A stretch of DNA of 32,000 nt. It comes from Wolbachia endosymbiont of Cimex lectularius (GTDB lineage Bacteria > Pseudomonadota > Alphaproteobacteria > Rickettsiales > Anaplasmataceae). The translations under genes were made by a program, and so were the position numbers. Of this stretch, positions 29,641 through 32,000 are shown piece after piece; positions within the stretch are counted from its first letter, which is position 1, and each line of letters begins with the position of its first letter. The DNA lies in the NCBI RefSeq assembly GCF_000829315.1, contig NZ_AP013028.1, positions 960,001 through 992,000 of the forward strand. Reading direction: 5' to 3'. Under the pieces are notes generated by a model. It was not told the DNA's origin. It did not search any database and saw nothing but the letters and a program-made list of their open reading frames with translations.

Positions 29641-29824
29641 GCGTTTAAAAGCAGCTAAATTGCAGCGTTTAAGGCATAAAAACGCCAATACTGAAAATAA
29701 ATATTGACCGGAGTTTCTTTTGCCTTTTCCTCTATTTGGTAAATTTCTTAATATCTATAGCTATTGCAATTTATGAACGAACATTTGTTTTTACAACAAA
29801 TGTTGTCATTCCAGCGCGTGACGC

Positions 29825-30041
29825 ACAACTGTACGAACATTGTGATTTGAGCCTACCACTAGGGTGTCATGCCAGTGCTTGACACTGGCATCCAGGAATT
29901 TTATTAAGTTAGTGAGTATAAAAGTTATGTTAAAATACAACGTTTGATGATTATGGAAAGGCTGGATCCCAGTGTCGGAGCACTGGGATGACACCGTCTG
30001 TTACACAAATTACCTGCTAATTGCAATGTTTGTACAGTTGT
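29825..30041. mobile_element. MITE-like element, 217 bp, without intron
   Basis: TIRs ACAACTGTACGAACATTG / CAATGTTTGTACAGTTGT. 11-bp TSD GCGCGTGACGC at 29814-29824 and 30042-30052. Confidence 0.88.
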
Positions 30042-30087
30042 GCGCGTGACGCTGGAATCTAGGAATTTTATCAAGTAGGTGAACATA

Positions 30088-30248
30088 CAATGGCGTCAAC
30101 TTAAGAGCTTCCTTGTAAACTTCTTTGTTGAAATAAAATAGAAACAAAAGTGCTGCTTATTGCAGCTTTTGGATAATTTTATGGTAAAAATTTTAGAGAG
30201 AAATTTTATACACGATCACTGACATTTTTCCTTAAGTTGACGCCATTG
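30088..30248. repeat. Inverted-repeat element with perfect 18-bp arms upstream of bfr
   Basis: caatggcgtcaacttaag (30088-30105) and cttaagttgacgccattg (30231-30248). Confidence 0.8.
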
Positions 30249-30315
30249 AGAGATCTATTGCTATAATCTTCATTATTATATAGATTATACTAATAGATTA
30301 AACTAAAGGAAGGTT

Positions 30316-30795
30316 ATGAATAAAGAGATAATAATAAAGCATTTGAATAAATCACTCACTGGTGAGTTGACTTCTATACGTCAGTATTTTTTGCATTCTA
30401 CAATTCTCAAAGATAGTGGGATCAATAAACTTGCAGAGAAAATGAAAGAAGAGCTTGACGAGGAACTTGAACATGCAAATAAGCTAGCAGAAAGAATTTT
30501 ATTGCTTAAAGGTATACCAAACTTTCAAGACACAAATGAAATCTCAAAGTATGACGGGAAGTTCACAAAAGATACAATACGAAAAATCTTGGAAGATAAT
30601 TTAAAATTAGAAGAAGAAGGTTTAAAAGACTATAGAGAAGCAATTTCTGTTGCTGAAAAAGAGAGAGATTTTGTTAGTGTAATCTTATTAGAGGAATTAT
30701 TGAAAAATGAGGAAGAGCACTACCATTGGATCGAAGAGCAAATTGCTCTTATTGAACTTATAGGTGTTGAAAATTACCTAAAAACACAAATGTAA
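30316..30795 (+). CDS. bfr: Bacterioferritin
   Basis: 159 aa; 'LNKSLTGELTSIRQYFLHS', 'EELEHANKLAERIL', 'LLKNEEEHYHWIEEQIALIELIG'. Confidence 0.93.
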   Translation: MNKEIIIKHLNKSLTGELTSIRQYFLHSTILKDSGINKLAEKMKEELDEELEHANKLAERILLLKGIPNFQDTNEISKYDGKFTKDTIRKILEDNLKLEEEGLKDYREAISVAEKERDFVSVILLEELLKNEEEHYHWIEEQIALIELIGVENYLKTQM

Positions 30796-30796
30796 G

Positions 30797-31411
30797 GTGT
30801 TAAAAAAAACAATATTTATCTTAATTATACCTTGCTTACTTCTTTTCTTGTTAGGGTTGTGGCAATTATTTAGATTAAACTGGAAGAACAATATCATCAA
30901 AAATATGAGTCTTCCAGTTGTCTATCTGTTGCCCAATGATGATCTTGCAAAATTTAACTACAGACACGTCAAGATTGACGGGATTTTAAGTGACATAGAG
31001 CTATACGTTTTTGCAGGGCAACGCGGCTATCATGTGCTGTCTCCTATGCTACTCACTACTGGACATTATATGCTAGTGAATAAAGGAATAGTCAGAGAAA
31101 AAAAAGAGGAAAAAGCAAAAATTGAGAAAATAGCTGCGAGTGGAGTTTTATACTGCGATAGCAGTAAAAGCAAAAGTTGGTTAATCAAAAATGATACTGC
31201 TTTGAACACGTGGTTTACCCTAAGTACAGAAGAAATTTCCAATGAATTTGGTATTAAGCTAGAGCAGTGTATGTTATGGCAGAAAGGTTTCAGCAATAAG
31301 TTAACTATACAGCCGATGAAACACTTGGAATATGCGATAACTTGGTTTGCACTTTCCTTGATTTGGTGTGCAGTTTATTATAGACAAAATAAACGCCACT
31401 CAAGTGGCTGA
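30797..31411 (+). CDS. SURF1-like protein
   Basis: 204 aa; 'LLLFLLGLWQLFRLNWK', 'GQRGYHVLSPMLL', 'YMLVNKGIV', terminal TM 'YAITWFALSLIWCAVYY'. Confidence 0.8.
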   Translation: MLKKTIFILIIPCLLLFLLGLWQLFRLNWKNNIIKNMSLPVVYLLPNDDLAKFNYRHVKIDGILSDIELYVFAGQRGYHVLSPMLLTTGHYMLVNKGIVREKKEEKAKIEKIAASGVLYCDSSKSKSWLIKNDTALNTWFTLSTEEISNEFGIKLEQCMLWQKGFSNKLTIQPMKHLEYAITWFALSLIWCAVYYRQNKRHSSG

Positions 31412-31459
31412 CATCAACGGTTACGAGTTGGGATAACAAGAGAAGAACTGAAGAAATAA

Positions 31460-32000
31460 TCATTTATCTATATCGCTACTAATATCCTTTATCATGCTAT
31501 AATTGCCTTTCCTAAATCTACTTTTTAAGGACTCAACTCCACTTTCGCTAATTCCACTTAGGCTCAGTGCTGCTCCACCAAGCTGCAACCCAATCTCAGA
31601 TGTCTCCGGAATAATTTTACTAGCCCCTAGATCTTTGTAAGCTTCTATATTACTCAGATCTGGTAGGCGTATTATAATATTTACATGTGGAAAATTTGTT
31701 GCAACTAAAGAAACAATCTTCTTTATAGTAACTTCGTTCTTTATTGAAATTACGAGGGCTTGGGCCCTTTCTATTCCTACTGATTTTAAAATTTCATATC
31801 TCGTGGCATCTCCAAGATATATAGGAAAGCTGTCACTTTTCCCTTCTTTGACTATCTTTGATTGAATATCTACAACAACGTAACTTAGATGCTCTGCGGT
31901 AAGCATTTTTGTTACCATATATCCTACCCTGCCGAATCCAGCAACTACTACATGGTTATAGAGATCTTGTGTGTCTGTCTCAATTGCCTCATCATCTAAT
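31460..32000 (-). CDS. CPA2/KefB-type cation:proton antiporter C-terminal TrkA-N domain (5' end outside window)
   Basis: The frame stays open to the window edge: '...LYNHVVVAGFGRVGYMVTKMLTAEHLSYVVVD', GxGxxG Rossmann motif, 'YLGDATRYEILKSVGIERAQALVI'. Confidence 0.8.
   Translation of the reverse strand, partial: LDDEAIETDTQDLYNHVVVAGFGRVGYMVTKMLTAEHLSYVVVDIQSKIVKEGKSDSFPIYLGDATRYEILKSVGIERAQALVISIKNEVTIKKIVSLVATNFPHVNIIIRLPDLSNIEAYKDLGASKIIPETSEIGLQLGGAALSLSGISESGVESLKSRFRKGNYSMIKDISSDIDK

Noticed and set aside
29641-29810. Possible fifth copy of the promoter-bearing repeat
   Set aside because: Only the 3' tail motif (ggtaaatttcttaatatctatagct) and a short ggcgt-like piece are visible; no -35/-10 pair with 17-bp spacing, so not counted.
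1-32000. CRISPR array, toxin-antitoxin pair, restriction-modification or other defence island
   Set aside because: No regularly spaced direct repeats and no recognisable cas, toxin-antitoxin, methyltransferase or similar genes. Repeats here are transposable or dispersed elements.

Overview
The window looks like a chromosomal segment of an alphaproteobacterial endosymbiont, most likely Wolbachia. That assignment is my inference from AT content, gene content and repeat style, not a database match. The conserved backbone holds gatA (3' part), an AEC-family transporter, fabF, acpP, a polyprenyl synthase (ispA-like), an FKBP-domain protein, an Mrp/Nuo-like H+ transporter subunit, an Rpn-type PD-(D/E)XK nuclease, tgt (frameshifted), nuoE, two tandem APC permeases, purH, tRNA-Asn(GTT), ispH, a FtsI/PBP2-type transpeptidase, bacterioferritin, a SURF1-like gene and a CPA2/TrkA-N antiporter fragment. 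Between these is an accessory layer. Three 860-861 bp IS5-like copies share identical ends and have 3-bp TNA target duplications. Two of them sit in one HAD-like gene whose ORF I can rebuild across both insertions, and the third sits in a HExxH-containing gene that also has a frameshift. There is also a 217-bp MITE-like element with 11-bp target duplications, whose second copy carries a deleted group II intron. A Thr/Ser-rich mucin-like membrane protein gene and a phage terminase fragment beside tRNA-Asn complete the accessory content. The most interesting unexplained signal is a four-copy intergenic repeat (near 13.65-14.0, 18.05-18.4, 25.7-26.2 and 29.27-29.6 kb). Every copy has a near-consensus sigma70 promoter with exactly 17-bp spacing, followed by a conserved core of about 125-130 bp that does not keep a reading frame. 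It is a candidate dispersed small-RNA family. No CRISPR array and no recognisable defence island was found.
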